From the NCBI GenBank assembly GCA_018608245.1, contig JABAZY010000016.1:14428-78427 (forward strand): DNA of 64,000 bases. Direction: 5' to 3'. How positions within the stretch are numbered: position 1 is the stretch's first letter; each line of letters begins with the position of its first letter. Of the stretch, positions 54,180 through 62,348 are shown in pieces. The position numbers and the translations under genes were made by a program. Under the pieces are notes generated by a model. That model did not search any database, was not told where the DNA came from, and saw only the letters and a program-made list of their open reading frames with translations. This DNA is from Alphaproteobacteria bacterium. Its GTDB lineage: Bacteria; Pseudomonadota; Alphaproteobacteria; Micavibrionales; Micavibrionaceae.

Positions 54180-55358
54180 TTAATTCTGATTGCTTTTGAT
54201 ACGGCTACCCGCAGCTGGTGATGTACGGTTTAAATCTTGCAACGGCAAGTACGGGACAACGCCACTACCACCATCACCGTCCATGATGATTTTCTGTGCA
54301 TTCTGAAGTACTTCTTCCATCGTTTCTAAATAAATACGCTCTTTCGTCACCGCTTTACCCGTTAAGTATGATTCATAAACAGAATTGAAACGTTCCGCCT
54401 CACCAGTAGATTTTGCAACAGTTGACTCCTTGTAAGCCTCTGCATTTTGCATCAACTGAATGGCTGCTCCACGTGCTTTCGGTAAGATATCTTCACGATA
54501 CGCACGCGCTCTGTTCTGAACATCTTCCGCATCTTGTTTCGCTGATTGAACATCTTGGAAAGCTTGCTGAACATCTGGATGCACCTCAGCACGTTGAATA
54601 AGCACCTGCGTGATATTCACACCTGAACTATAATCATCCAAATTTTTCTGCAAAATTTCTTTTGTTTGTTGCGCGACAACATCACGCTCTGTCGTAATAA
54701 TCGGGAACATATTTGTTTGCCCAACTTCTTCACGAATAGCACTCTCCGCCACTTTTTTGATCGTACCTTCTTGGTCGTCAATATTAAACAAGAAATCTTC
54801 TGCTGATTTAATATTCCACTGAATGACCAAATCCAAATCAACAATGTTACGATCAGACGTCAACATTAAACTCTCTTCAGGAATATCACGTGTTGAACCT
54901 TCACTACGACCAAACCCTTGGATAAAGCCAATATTCATACGGCGAATTTCATTCACTGTCACTTTATTGACTTCTTCAACTGGCCAAGGAAATTTAAACC
55001 CAAGCCCCTCATCAACTTTTGTTCTATCCCAAGCCCCAAAACGCTGAATAACAGCATGTTCCCCTGGCTTTACAATAAAAGTACAAAGGCTGACAAAAAT
55101 AACTAGTAATAAAAGACCACCAGCCAAGCCAATGATTCCTCCGCTCATATTAGGCGGCAACATGTCATCGAAGTTACTTTTTGCATTACGTAGAATGTCA
55201 TCTAACTCAGGTGGCTTATTCGAACCACCGCCACCTTTACCATAGGAAGATTTATTTTTACCCTGATGAATAGAGGTTACGCGATCCTTACCAGAACTTT
55301 TACCTGAATTATTACCCCAAGGATTTTTACCGCGACCTGACTTCTTATCGTCTGACAT
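54180..55358 (-). CDS. hflK: Protease modulator HflK (SPFH/band-7)
   Basis: 392 aa. Gly/Lys-rich N-terminus, a single TM helix, an SPFH domain and a coiled-coil region (AERFNSVYESY). Confidence 0.88.
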   Translation of the reverse strand: MSDDKKSGRGKNPWGNNSGKSSGKDRVTSIHQGKNKSSYGKGGGGSNKPPELDDILRNAKSNFDDMLPPNMSGGIIGLAGGLLLLVIFVSLCTFIVKPGEHAVIQRFGAWDRTKVDEGLGFKFPWPVEEVNKVTVNEIRRMNIGFIQGFGRSEGSTRDIPEESLMLTSDRNIVDLDLVIQWNIKSAEDFLFNIDDQEGTIKKVAESAIREEVGQTNMFPIITTERDVVAQQTKEILQKNLDDYSSGVNITQVLIQRAEVHPDVQQAFQDVQSAKQDAEDVQNRARAYREDILPKARGAAIQLMQNAEAYKESTVAKSTGEAERFNSVYESYLTGKAVTKERIYLETMEEVLQNAQKIIMDGDGGSGVVPYLPLQDLNRTSPAAGSRIKSNQN

Positions 55359-55484
55359 ATTTTAATATTCCTAATTTCATTGTGTCTTGAAGTTTTATAC
55401 AATATCGTTTTTATTACGTTACGCAAGGGGATGATGATCATTTCCGCAAAAAATACAGGGCAAAACACAGGACAAGTCTGACAT

Positions 55485-56510
55485 ATGTCAAACATCACAG
55501 CAGAACAGATTTTTAATGCGCTTAAAGGGCTCGTAAACCCAGACTCCATCTCTGGTTTAGATATCAATAAAAAGGGCGAAATCCTTTTTGCCTTAAGTGT
55601 AGATCCCGCGATGGGTGCCAAAATGGAGGATTTACACCAACAGGTTGAAAAAACGGTTCTCTCTATCAAGGGCGTTAAAAAAGTAACCGCCATCCTAACC
55701 GCTGAAAAATCCGCACAAGCCCAAACACCAAAAACACCAGACCCACACGGAATGGGTAAAAATCCTGTGCTGGATTTACCTATCAAAAAAATTATTGCTG
55801 TGGCCTCTGGTAAAGGCGGTGTTGGTAAATCTACAGTGGCCGTCAATCTCGCACACGCCCTTGCCAAGACAGGAAAATCAGTTGGGCTCTTAGACGCCGA
55901 CATTTACGGCCCCAGCGTGCCAAGGCTAACAGGCCTACCCAACATAAAGCCAGACACAAATGACGAAAACAAACTCATCCCCTTTGAGGAGCATGGCCTT
56001 AAAATTATGTCGATTGGCTTTATGGTTGAACAAGATACCGCCATGATCTGGCGTGGCCCAATGGTGCAAAGCGCCATCTATCAAATGCTCCGTGATGTTG
56101 CATGGGGTACAGATGAAGCGCCATTAGACATTCTGGTCGTCGACATGCCCCCAGGCACAGGTGATGCCCAATTGACCCTAGCCCAGAAAATTAATTTAGA
56201 CGGCGCTGTAATGGTCTCAACCCCTCAAGATTTAGCGCTTTTAGACGTTCGTAAAGGCATTGAGATGTTCCGAAAAACCGATGTCCCCATCCTCGGCTTA
56301 ATCGAAAATATGAGCACCCATATCTGTACCAATTGCGGTCACGAAGAACATTTATTTGGTCACGGTGGCGCAAGAGTCGAAGCCGCAAAATTACACATAC
56401 CCTTCCTAGGTGAAATCCCCTTAGACATCACCATCCGCCAAAGTGCAGATCAAGGAAAGTTAAAAGGTTTCGAAATTTTTAATGAAATAGCTGAGAAATT
56501 AAACTTATAA
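55485..56510 (+). CDS. apbC: Fe-S cluster carrier ATPase Mrp/ApbC
   Basis: 341 aa. N-terminal DUF59-like segment, deviant Walker A SGKGGVGKST, and CTNCGHEE (CxxC). Confidence 0.9.
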   Translation: MSNITAEQIFNALKGLVNPDSISGLDINKKGEILFALSVDPAMGAKMEDLHQQVEKTVLSIKGVKKVTAILTAEKSAQAQTPKTPDPHGMGKNPVLDLPIKKIIAVASGKGGVGKSTVAVNLAHALAKTGKSVGLLDADIYGPSVPRLTGLPNIKPDTNDENKLIPFEEHGLKIMSIGFMVEQDTAMIWRGPMVQSAIYQMLRDVAWGTDEAPLDILVVDMPPGTGDAQLTLAQKINLDGAVMVSTPQDLALLDVRKGIEMFRKTDVPILGLIENMSTHICTNCGHEEHLFGHGGARVEAAKLHIPFLGEIPLDITIRQSADQGKLKGFEIFNEIAEKLNL

Positions 56511-56517
56511 AAAAACC

Positions 56518-56598
56518 GTCATTGCGAGGAATGAAATGACGAAGCAATCCAGAATCTTTCCTCAAATAACTGGATTGCCACGCTTCGCTCGCAATGAC
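56518..56598. repeat. Imperfect 81-nt palindromic element between convergent apbC and folA
   Basis: The outer arms GTCATTGCGAG (56518-56528) and CTCGCAATGAC (56588-56598) are perfect complements. The inner arms GAAGCAATCCAG and CTGGATTGCCACGCTTC are partly complementary. A-runs flank both sides. Confidence 0.75.
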
Positions 56599-56604
56599 AA
56601 AAAA

Positions 56605-57087
56605 CTATTTCTTCTCTAAAGTCAAAAAGCTAAAACCATCGCGCTCATCGCGCTCAACTTCTTTCCAAACATCCTCTGACAATTCAGGGAAAAAGGCATC
56701 ACCTTCTGGTTCTTGATGGACGCGGGTTAAATAAATACGGGTCACCAAATCATTATCCAGCGCGAGCTTATAAATCTGTGCGCCGCCAATAATCATGACT
56801 TCATCACCATTGGATTGCTCCAGAGCCTCACCTAAACTCTTAACAACAACAGCGCCCTCGTGATCGTAGCCCGCACGACTAATCACAATAGAATCACGCC
56901 CTGGCAAAGGTTTACCCAACGCATCCAAAATACTCTCATAGGTCTTACGCCCCATAATACAAGGCTTACCCGTTGTGATTTCCTTGAAATGCTTAAAGTC
57001 CTCAGCAATATGCCATGGCATTTTATTATAAAGCCCAATAACATTATTATCCGCCGCCGCCACAATGAGTGAAATTTTATGTGTCAT
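56605..57087 (-). CDS. folA: Dihydrofolate reductase
   Basis: 160 aa. SLIVAAADNNVIGLYNKMPWHI, GRKTYESI and IIGGAQIY motifs. Downstream of thyA. Confidence 0.92.
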   Translation of the reverse strand: MTHKISLIVAAADNNVIGLYNKMPWHIAEDFKHFKEITTGKPCIMGRKTYESILDALGKPLPGRDSIVISRAGYDHEGAVVVKSLGEALEQSNGDEVMIIGGAQIYKLALDNDLVTRIYLTRVHQEPEGDAFFPELSEDVWKEVERDERDGFSFLTLEKK

Positions 57088-57095
57088 TGCTCAGC

Positions 57096-57890
57096 CTAAA
57101 CGGCAACCTTACCTTTAATATGTGGATGCGCTTCATACCCAACAAGCTCAAAATCTTCGAACTTAAAATCAAAGATAGATTTTACATGTGGGTTTAAATG
57201 CATCTCTGGCAAAGGAAACGGCTCACGCGATAATTGAAGCTCTACCTGTTCCATATGGTTGCTATATAAATGCGCATCACCAAAAGTATGAACAAAATCA
57301 CCAGGTTGCAGGCCACAAACTTGCGCCATCATCATGGTTAGTAGCGCATAAGACGCAATATTAAACGGCACGCCGAGAAATATATCCGCGCTACGCTGAT
57401 AAAGCTGACACGATAATTTTCCGTCTGCTACATAGAATTGGAAGAAACAATGACACGGCGGTAACGCCATCTTCGGAATCTCACCAACATTCCACGCCGA
57501 CACAATCAATCTACGGCAATCTGGATCAGTTTTAATCCGCTCAACCACGTTCGAGATTTGATCAATTGTGTTGCCATCTTGCGTTGGCCAACTACGCCAT
57601 TGATGCCCATAGACTGGCCCTAAATCACCATTGTCATCCGCCCATTCATTCCAAATGCGCACGCCATTATCGGTCAAATATTTCGTATTGGTATCCCCAT
57701 CCAAAAACCATAGAAGCTCATGAATAATAGATTTCATATGACATTTTTTGGTGGTGACCAGCGGAAACCCTTTTTGCAAGTCAAAGCGCATCTGATGGCC
57801 AAAAACGCTTGTAGTGCCTGTGCCTGTGCGGTCTTCTTTTTTCGTGCCATTGTCCATGACATGGCGCATCATATTTAGATATTCTTGCAT
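57096..57890 (-). CDS. thyA: Thymidylate synthase (ThyA type)
   Basis: 264 aa. DRTGTGT, the catalytic-Cys motif [12 protein letters not shown], and [18 protein letters not shown]. Confidence 0.95.
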   Translation of the reverse strand: MQEYLNMMRHVMDNGTKKEDRTGTGTTSVFGHQMRFDLQKGFPLVTTKKCHMKSIIHELLWFLDGDTNTKYLTDNGVRIWNEWADDNGDLGPVYGHQWRSWPTQDGNTIDQISNVVERIKTDPDCRRLIVSAWNVGEIPKMALPPCHCFFQFYVADGKLSCQLYQRSADIFLGVPFNIASYALLTMMMAQVCGLQPGDFVHTFGDAHLYSNHMEQVELQLSREPFPLPEMHLNPHVKSIFDFKFEDFELVGYEAHPHIKGKVAV

Positions 57891-57995
57891 AGTGATCCTC
57901 TTACCAATTGATTCTAGTCGATATTATAGAAGAACGACGCCAGAAAACAGAGTCGCGAGCAAAATTTTATGCACATATGAGAAAGTTATTGAGAA

Positions 57996-60900
57996 TTAGA
58001 CACTAACATTGGCGATCAGCGTACCATTAGCCAACAGATCATCCGCACTCGCCCCGCCAAAGTCATTGAAGATAAGCGCTGCACGGCCATAAGTTCCACC
58101 GACATCACCATCCGCATTAATACGCAGGTCTGTGTTACCATTACCCATGTCTAGCACTTTAACAAAATCATTAATGTCATCAACACCATGGTCATAGCCG
58201 CTCAGAATATCTGTAATATTTATGATATCTTCTCCAAGCGTAAACCTATAAAAACGCTCCGCACTTGCATCTAATACCGTCAATGCAAAGGTGTCTTGCC
58301 CTGACCCACCATATAATCTATCAGCGCCATCACCACCTATCATAATGTCCATACCCGCACCAGCACTCACAATGTCGTCACCTACACCACCATCTAGATA
58401 GTCATTATCATTTTGCCCATAGAGGCGGTCGTTATCCGTACCACCAAACATGATGTCATCACCATTGCCACCATATAGCGCGTCGAAACCATCACCACCA
58501 TCAAGCTCATCATCACCCGCATCACCATAAAGCTTATCGTTACCACTTTCGCCCTCTAATACATCACCACCTACACCGCCACGTATGAAATCAGCATCAT
58601 CTCCGCCTTCGATCGCATCATCACCCGCATCACCGTACAATGTATCTCTTCCAGCACCGCCTCTTAAATCATCATGGCCGTCACCTCCACGAATAAAATC
58701 TTTTCCCTCTTGGCCTTTCAAAAAGTCATTACCACCATTACCAAAAAGCTGATCATTGGAGTTTCCACCTTCGATGTCATCATTTCCGCTACCGCCCTCT
58801 AAAACATCTTTTCCATCGCCGCCTAAAATATCATCGTCGCCAGCGCCGCCTTTTATATGATCATCACCAGCACCCGCATTAATGTAATCATTGTCATCGC
58901 CACCATCGGCAAAATCATTGCCGTCTTGAAGGAAAATAATATCATCACCGGCATCACCATAAACACGGTCGTTACCATCCCACATGGACGCCATATCATC
59001 ACCAGCGCCTAAATATATTTTATGATATTGTAGAGATGCGCCCAATATAGCAACCTGATCGTTCCCTGCACCTGCTTTAACAACCCAGTTATGGTTAGCA
59101 TTTACAGCCTCTGTCATTTGACCATCAATTTGAATAGTTATTTCGTCGTTCCCTGCTCCCGCAAGTATTCTTCCACCATTTGAATTCCGCACCAAAATAG
59201 TACTGCCATCTTCAGCACTCCTCTGGTCAACAAGCACAACACCAAACCCCGTTAATTCTATATCTGTTACATCATTATTTTTTAACGCGACAGTTTCAGT
59301 GGCTAATTGTCCGATTGCAGTTAAACCAGCTGAAATTCCAGAGTTTGTACGTGTTACATTGAGAAAATCATTCTGATTGTCACCCCCTAGATCTACTCCC
59401 TTATAAGTAAAATCTCCTGTTTCATTATTCAATAAACCAAAAGCACCGCTATCTAAAACTAACGCTAGCTCCGTTTCAAAAAATTCTCCCTGCCCACCAC
59501 CATTGGCTACATAAGCGTCCAATTCGGAACGCGTATAAGTGCTATCATTGAAAATAAAGTTTTCAATACTAATCAGCGTATCTGTAAAAGATTGGAAAGC
59601 ATGTTCTAAAACGACAGTCGCGCTATCGACCAAATCTATAAGAAAATCGGCAATATCAAAGCTATAGGTAACGGTGTCATCACCACGTCCACCGTTCAGC
59701 GTATTATCAGCAACACTTGCCGTGATTAAATCATCACCATCACCCGTTAAAACATTCTCGATAACGGTTCCATTGGCGATTGAAAACGCTTCACCATTGA
59801 TTGTGCCAACGCCTGTTTCCAAATTGATGGTTGAATTATTTGTCACGGCGACTGCATTAATCGTATCAACACCTGCACTATCCGTTAGCGCCCCAGCGCC
59901 TGTATATTCATTGGTATAAAAATAAGTATCATCGTCACTTTGCTCAGAGCCTAAGAAACTTAATGACCAATTATTTAGCGTACCTGCATTACCCGCGGTT
60001 TCATCTGCAACCGTTAACGTCCAAGTACCCAAACTACTCTCGCCCCAATGAGCCGCAGAGCTAAATTCAAAATTCACGCCGTTATAAATGCCATAAGCTG
60101 TTGTAAATGCGCCATTACTAACATGGTGCATCAGCACACTATCCGTGCCATCAGGTGAGGTTAACGTCACCACCAAATCACCTGCTTTTTCGTGATCAAT
60201 ATCTAAATCAATAAGGATATGTTCAATCGAGATATCTTCGGTAATCGTAATCGTTGTTGTAATTGTTCCTTGTTCAGGAATAGCCAATGCAGGCGCTACA
60301 CTCACAGGATCTATTACGCTCAAATTGCTAAAAGTTTTTTGCTCACCCCAGCTCTCCGCCAATCGGACAGCCGCTAGCGCATCAACATTCCCATAGCCGT
60401 AATCATGGCTGAAATGCATCCCGCCACCGTTAAAATTATTGGCGCCATTAATCTGCCAGCCCTCATTCGCCCAACCAATACCATCCGCATCAACTTGGCG
60501 TCCTGACAACGCTAAAATTTCTTGTACATCGCGATAGCCTAAATCTGGGTTTGCTTCTAACATCAACGAAATAACGCCAGACACTGCTGGCGCAGAAAAT
60601 GATGTCCCGCTAACAAACGAAGCACCACCATTATCCGTGGCCGTTGAAACACGAATACTATCCCCTGGTGCCGTCACTAATAAATTTGATCCTGCTTCGC
60701 TAAAATAAGCAAAGGTTCCATCTTGCTCAATTGCCCCTACCGTAATCGTGTAAGGGGAGTTTTGGTAATTTTTATAATTGGCACTACTGCCTTGCGCACG
60801 GCTATTCCCTGCAGAGAATACAATGTTTATGCCCAAACCATCACGACCATTTTCAACTAAATTCTGAAATTGATTAACCACATCAGCCGTATCCGTACCA

Positions 60901-61556
60901 ATAAAATCGATCTTTTTATTATCGCCAAACGCCGCATTAATGCCCCAGCTATTATTCATGATGTCCGCACCTGAGGCCAAGACATGTTCAAACCCTTCGA
61001 TAATATCGTCAATAGTGCCTTGCCCATTAAAGCCACGCTTCACCCCTAAAATATCACTATCAAATGCCACACCAGCGCCATACGCGCCATTATCATCAGC
61101 GGCAATAACCAGCGATACATGCGTTCCATGATTATCACCAAAATCATTCAACGCATCATTATCATCATCTAAAACATCTCTATCCAGATCCGTTCTATAA
61201 TTTGCAGATAATTCACTATGGTTATAATTAAACCCATCATCCATAACGGCGACTAAAACACCCTCACCCGTATAATCATTCCACACAGGAATGGTATTCA
61301 AGCTATACTCCCCTAAATGATGCCATTGCTCAGCACCACCTGACACTGTCCACTCATCCGTTGGCACAGCCTGCGTTTCAGTAATATTAACAATTGGAAG
61401 AGAAGAATCTTGAGCGTTCTGCGTACTAGAGTATGCAACTTGAGTGAGCAAAGCAGGGTTAATAGAATAATCAGGCATTTCAAAAGCGCGCTCTTTTGAG
61501 CGCTCTTCTTCTATCATACTGATATCATTGTCTGATTTGTTATTTTCGATGATCAT
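57996..61556 (-). CDS. Large secreted subtilisin-like (S8, kexin-type) protease with P-domain and C-terminal RTX calcium-binding repeats
   Basis: 1186 aa with no Sec signal peptide. Triad motifs VAVMDDG (Asp), GDNHGTHVS (His) and GTSFSAPAVSG (Ser). P-domain-like segment DLVVTLTSPDGT...GTWTLTVADETAGNAGTLNNWSLSF. A long run of GGxGxDxxx nonapeptides, then a C-terminal tail typical of type I secretion substrates. Confidence 0.88.
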   Translation of the reverse strand: MIIENNKSDNDISMIEEERSKERAFEMPDYSINPALLTQVAYSSTQNAQDSSLPIVNITETQAVPTDEWTVSGGAEQWHHLGEYSLNTIPVWNDYTGEGVLVAVMDDGFNYNHSELSANYRTDLDRDVLDDDNDALNDFGDNHGTHVSLVIAADDNGAYGAGVAFDSDILGVKRGFNGQGTIDDIIEGFEHVLASGADIMNNSWGINAAFGDNKKIDFIGTDTADVVNQFQNLVENGRDGLGINIVFSAGNSRAQGSSANYKNYQNSPYTITVGAIEQDGTFAYFSEAGSNLLVTAPGDSIRVSTATDNGGASFVSGTSFSAPAVSGVISLMLEANPDLGYRDVQEILALSGRQVDADGIGWANEGWQINGANNFNGGGMHFSHDYGYGNVDALAAVRLAESWGEQKTFSNLSVIDPVSVAPALAIPEQGTITTTITITEDISIEHILIDLDIDHEKAGDLVVTLTSPDGTDSVLMHHVSNGAFTTAYGIYNGVNFEFSSAAHWGESSLGTWTLTVADETAGNAGTLNNWSLSFLGSEQSDDDTYFYTNEYTGAGALTDSAGVDTINAVAVTNNSTINLETGVGTINGEAFSIANGTVIENVLTGDGDDLITASVADNTLNGGRGDDTVTYSFDIADFLIDLVDSATVVLEHAFQSFTDTLISIENFIFNDSTYTRSELDAYVANGGGQGEFFETELALVLDSGAFGLLNNETGDFTYKGVDLGGDNQNDFLNVTRTNSGISAGLTAIGQLATETVALKNNDVTDIELTGFGVVLVDQRSAEDGSTILVRNSNGGRILAGAGNDEITIQIDGQMTEAVNANHNWVVKAGAGNDQVAILGASLQYHKIYLGAGDDMASMWDGNDRVYGDAGDDIIFLQDGNDFADGGDDNDYINAGAGDDHIKGGAGDDDILGGDGKDVLEGGSGNDDIEGGNSNDQLFGNGGNDFLKGQEGKDFIRGGDGHDDLRGGAGRDTLYGDAGDDAIEGGDDADFIRGGVGGDVLEGESGNDKLYGDAGDDELDGGDGFDALYGGNGDDIMFGGTDNDRLYGQNDNDYLDGGVGDDIVSAGAGMDIMIGGDGADRLYGGSGQDTFALTVLDASAERFYRFTLGEDIINITDILSGYDHGVDDINDFVKVLDMGNGNTDLRINADGDVGGTYGRAALIFNDFGGASADDLLANGTLIANVSV
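58259..58994 (-). repeat. RTX nonapeptide-repeat coding region within the protease gene
   Basis: Roughly two dozen consecutive GGxGxDxxx-type units (for example GGAGDDDILGGDGKDVLEGGSGNDDIEGG). Coordinates are approximate and derived from codon positions. Confidence 0.8.
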
Positions 61557-61667
61557 ATTCCGTCCCTGTGTAACACCCTATTATAATACCAAAACTTCCT
61601 TACAAAGTCCTTAATTTACAGAATATTAGCGTTTAAATAGGCACGTACACCTCGAATGTACAAAACC

Positions 61668-61696
61668 TTGACAAAATAGGAATTAATTCATATAAT
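61668..61696 (+). promoter_or_regulatory. Perfect consensus sigma70 promoter (TTGACA-17 nt-TATAAT) with no adjacent ORF
   Basis: TTGACA at 61668-61673, a 17-nt spacer, then TATAAT at 61691-61696. The nearest downstream feature on the plus strand is the tmRNA gene, about 185 nt away. Confidence 0.55.
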
Positions 61697-61851
61697 ATCT
61701 ACTATAAAGGCCATAAATGTGTCTTTTGAGATATGATGAATAGGGCAAAATACTCAAACCGTGGAACGAAATGAGTAACTCGAATTAATCATATAAATCA
61801 GCATCCTACAGACCTCCAATCTGCTTATTTTAACCACCCCGCCGATTCCCA

Positions 61852-61880
61852 TTGTAATGAAACAGCGCATTACCTATAAT
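61852..61880 (+). promoter_or_regulatory. Candidate ssrA promoter (TTGTAA-17 nt-TATAAT)
   Basis: TTGTAA at 61852-61857, a 17-nt spacer, then TATAAT at 61875-61880. The predicted start near 61887 gives an ~81-nt acceptor piece ending at CCA 61967. Confidence 0.55.
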
Positions 61881-61886
61881 GGAGGT

Positions 61887-62310
61887 ACTGGCTTGCCAGT
61901 TATGACGCTAAACGTTATTGCGGAATAAACGTTGTGGACCCGGGGGCAGTACCCGGCAGCTCCACCATTTTAAAGAGGTAAGGCTCTAAGTCTTAGGTTT
62001 GCGACTACAAACCCGCGAAATCGTTTTCGCGCTACTTATTTAAAACGGCGGGGCTGAAACAGGATCGACACGCGCAGTAAAGGTGATGGACGGCGTTCGG
62101 TATAGTATCCGCCGATATCGGGCTATTTTTGATAGTTGCAAATGACAACTCTCAGTTCGTAGCAGCCAATGACAACTCTGTTGTTACTGGTGACGAAGCG
62201 ATCGCTGCTTAATTTTAAGTCGCGTAGCTAAGCTACATAATTCCTATTCCGTTTAACTGGGATAGGTGGGGCCTGGGTCAGAGCCTAGCAACAGAGTCTG
62301 GCCCATTTTT
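61887..62310 (+). ncRNA. ssrA: Circularly permuted (two-piece) tmRNA gene
   Basis: The acceptor piece comes first and ends with a T-arm-like CCGGG-GGCAGUA-CCCGG and CAGCUCCACCA (CCA at 61965-61967). After an ~82-nt spacer, the coding piece starts GGGGCUGAAACAGGAUCGAC at 62050. GGGGCUG pairs with CAGCUCC and includes the G3-U alanine identity pair. The tag ORF at 62138-62212 starts ANDN and ends AIAA-TAA. CCAGUUA (61896-61902) can pair with UAACUGG (62254-62260). The 5' boundary is inferred. Confidence 0.85.
62275..62310 (+). terminator. Rho-independent terminator of ssrA
   Basis: GGGTCAGA (62275-62282) pairs with TCTGGCCC (62297-62304), including one G-U pair, and is followed by ATTTTT (to 62310). 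Confidence 0.7.
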
Positions 62311-62348
62311 ATCTTCCCTATTACCTAAAAAAATTTATACTTCCTTAT

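Noticed and set aside
55277-55903. 208-aa ORF on the minus strand.
   Set aside because: It spans the hflK 5' end, the divergent intergenic region and the apbC 5' part. It runs antisense to the strongly supported apbC gene and has a low-complexity Ala/Pro/Ser/Thr-rich translation with no motifs. It is a shadow ORF.
58259-58994. Periodic DNA repeats that could be mistaken for a tandem-repeat or CRISPR-like array.
   Set aside because: The periodicity is 27 nt, is in frame, and encodes GGxGxDxxx RTX nonapeptides within one long ORF. There is no spacer/repeat structure.
57891-62348. Genomic island integrated at the tmRNA gene and carrying the RTX protease.
   Set aside because: There is no integrase, no duplicated ssrA 3' segment acting as an att repeat, and no other cargo genes. 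In a permuted ssrA the CCA end is internal, so classical 3'-end integration logic does not directly apply. This is kept only as a caveat in the protease finding.
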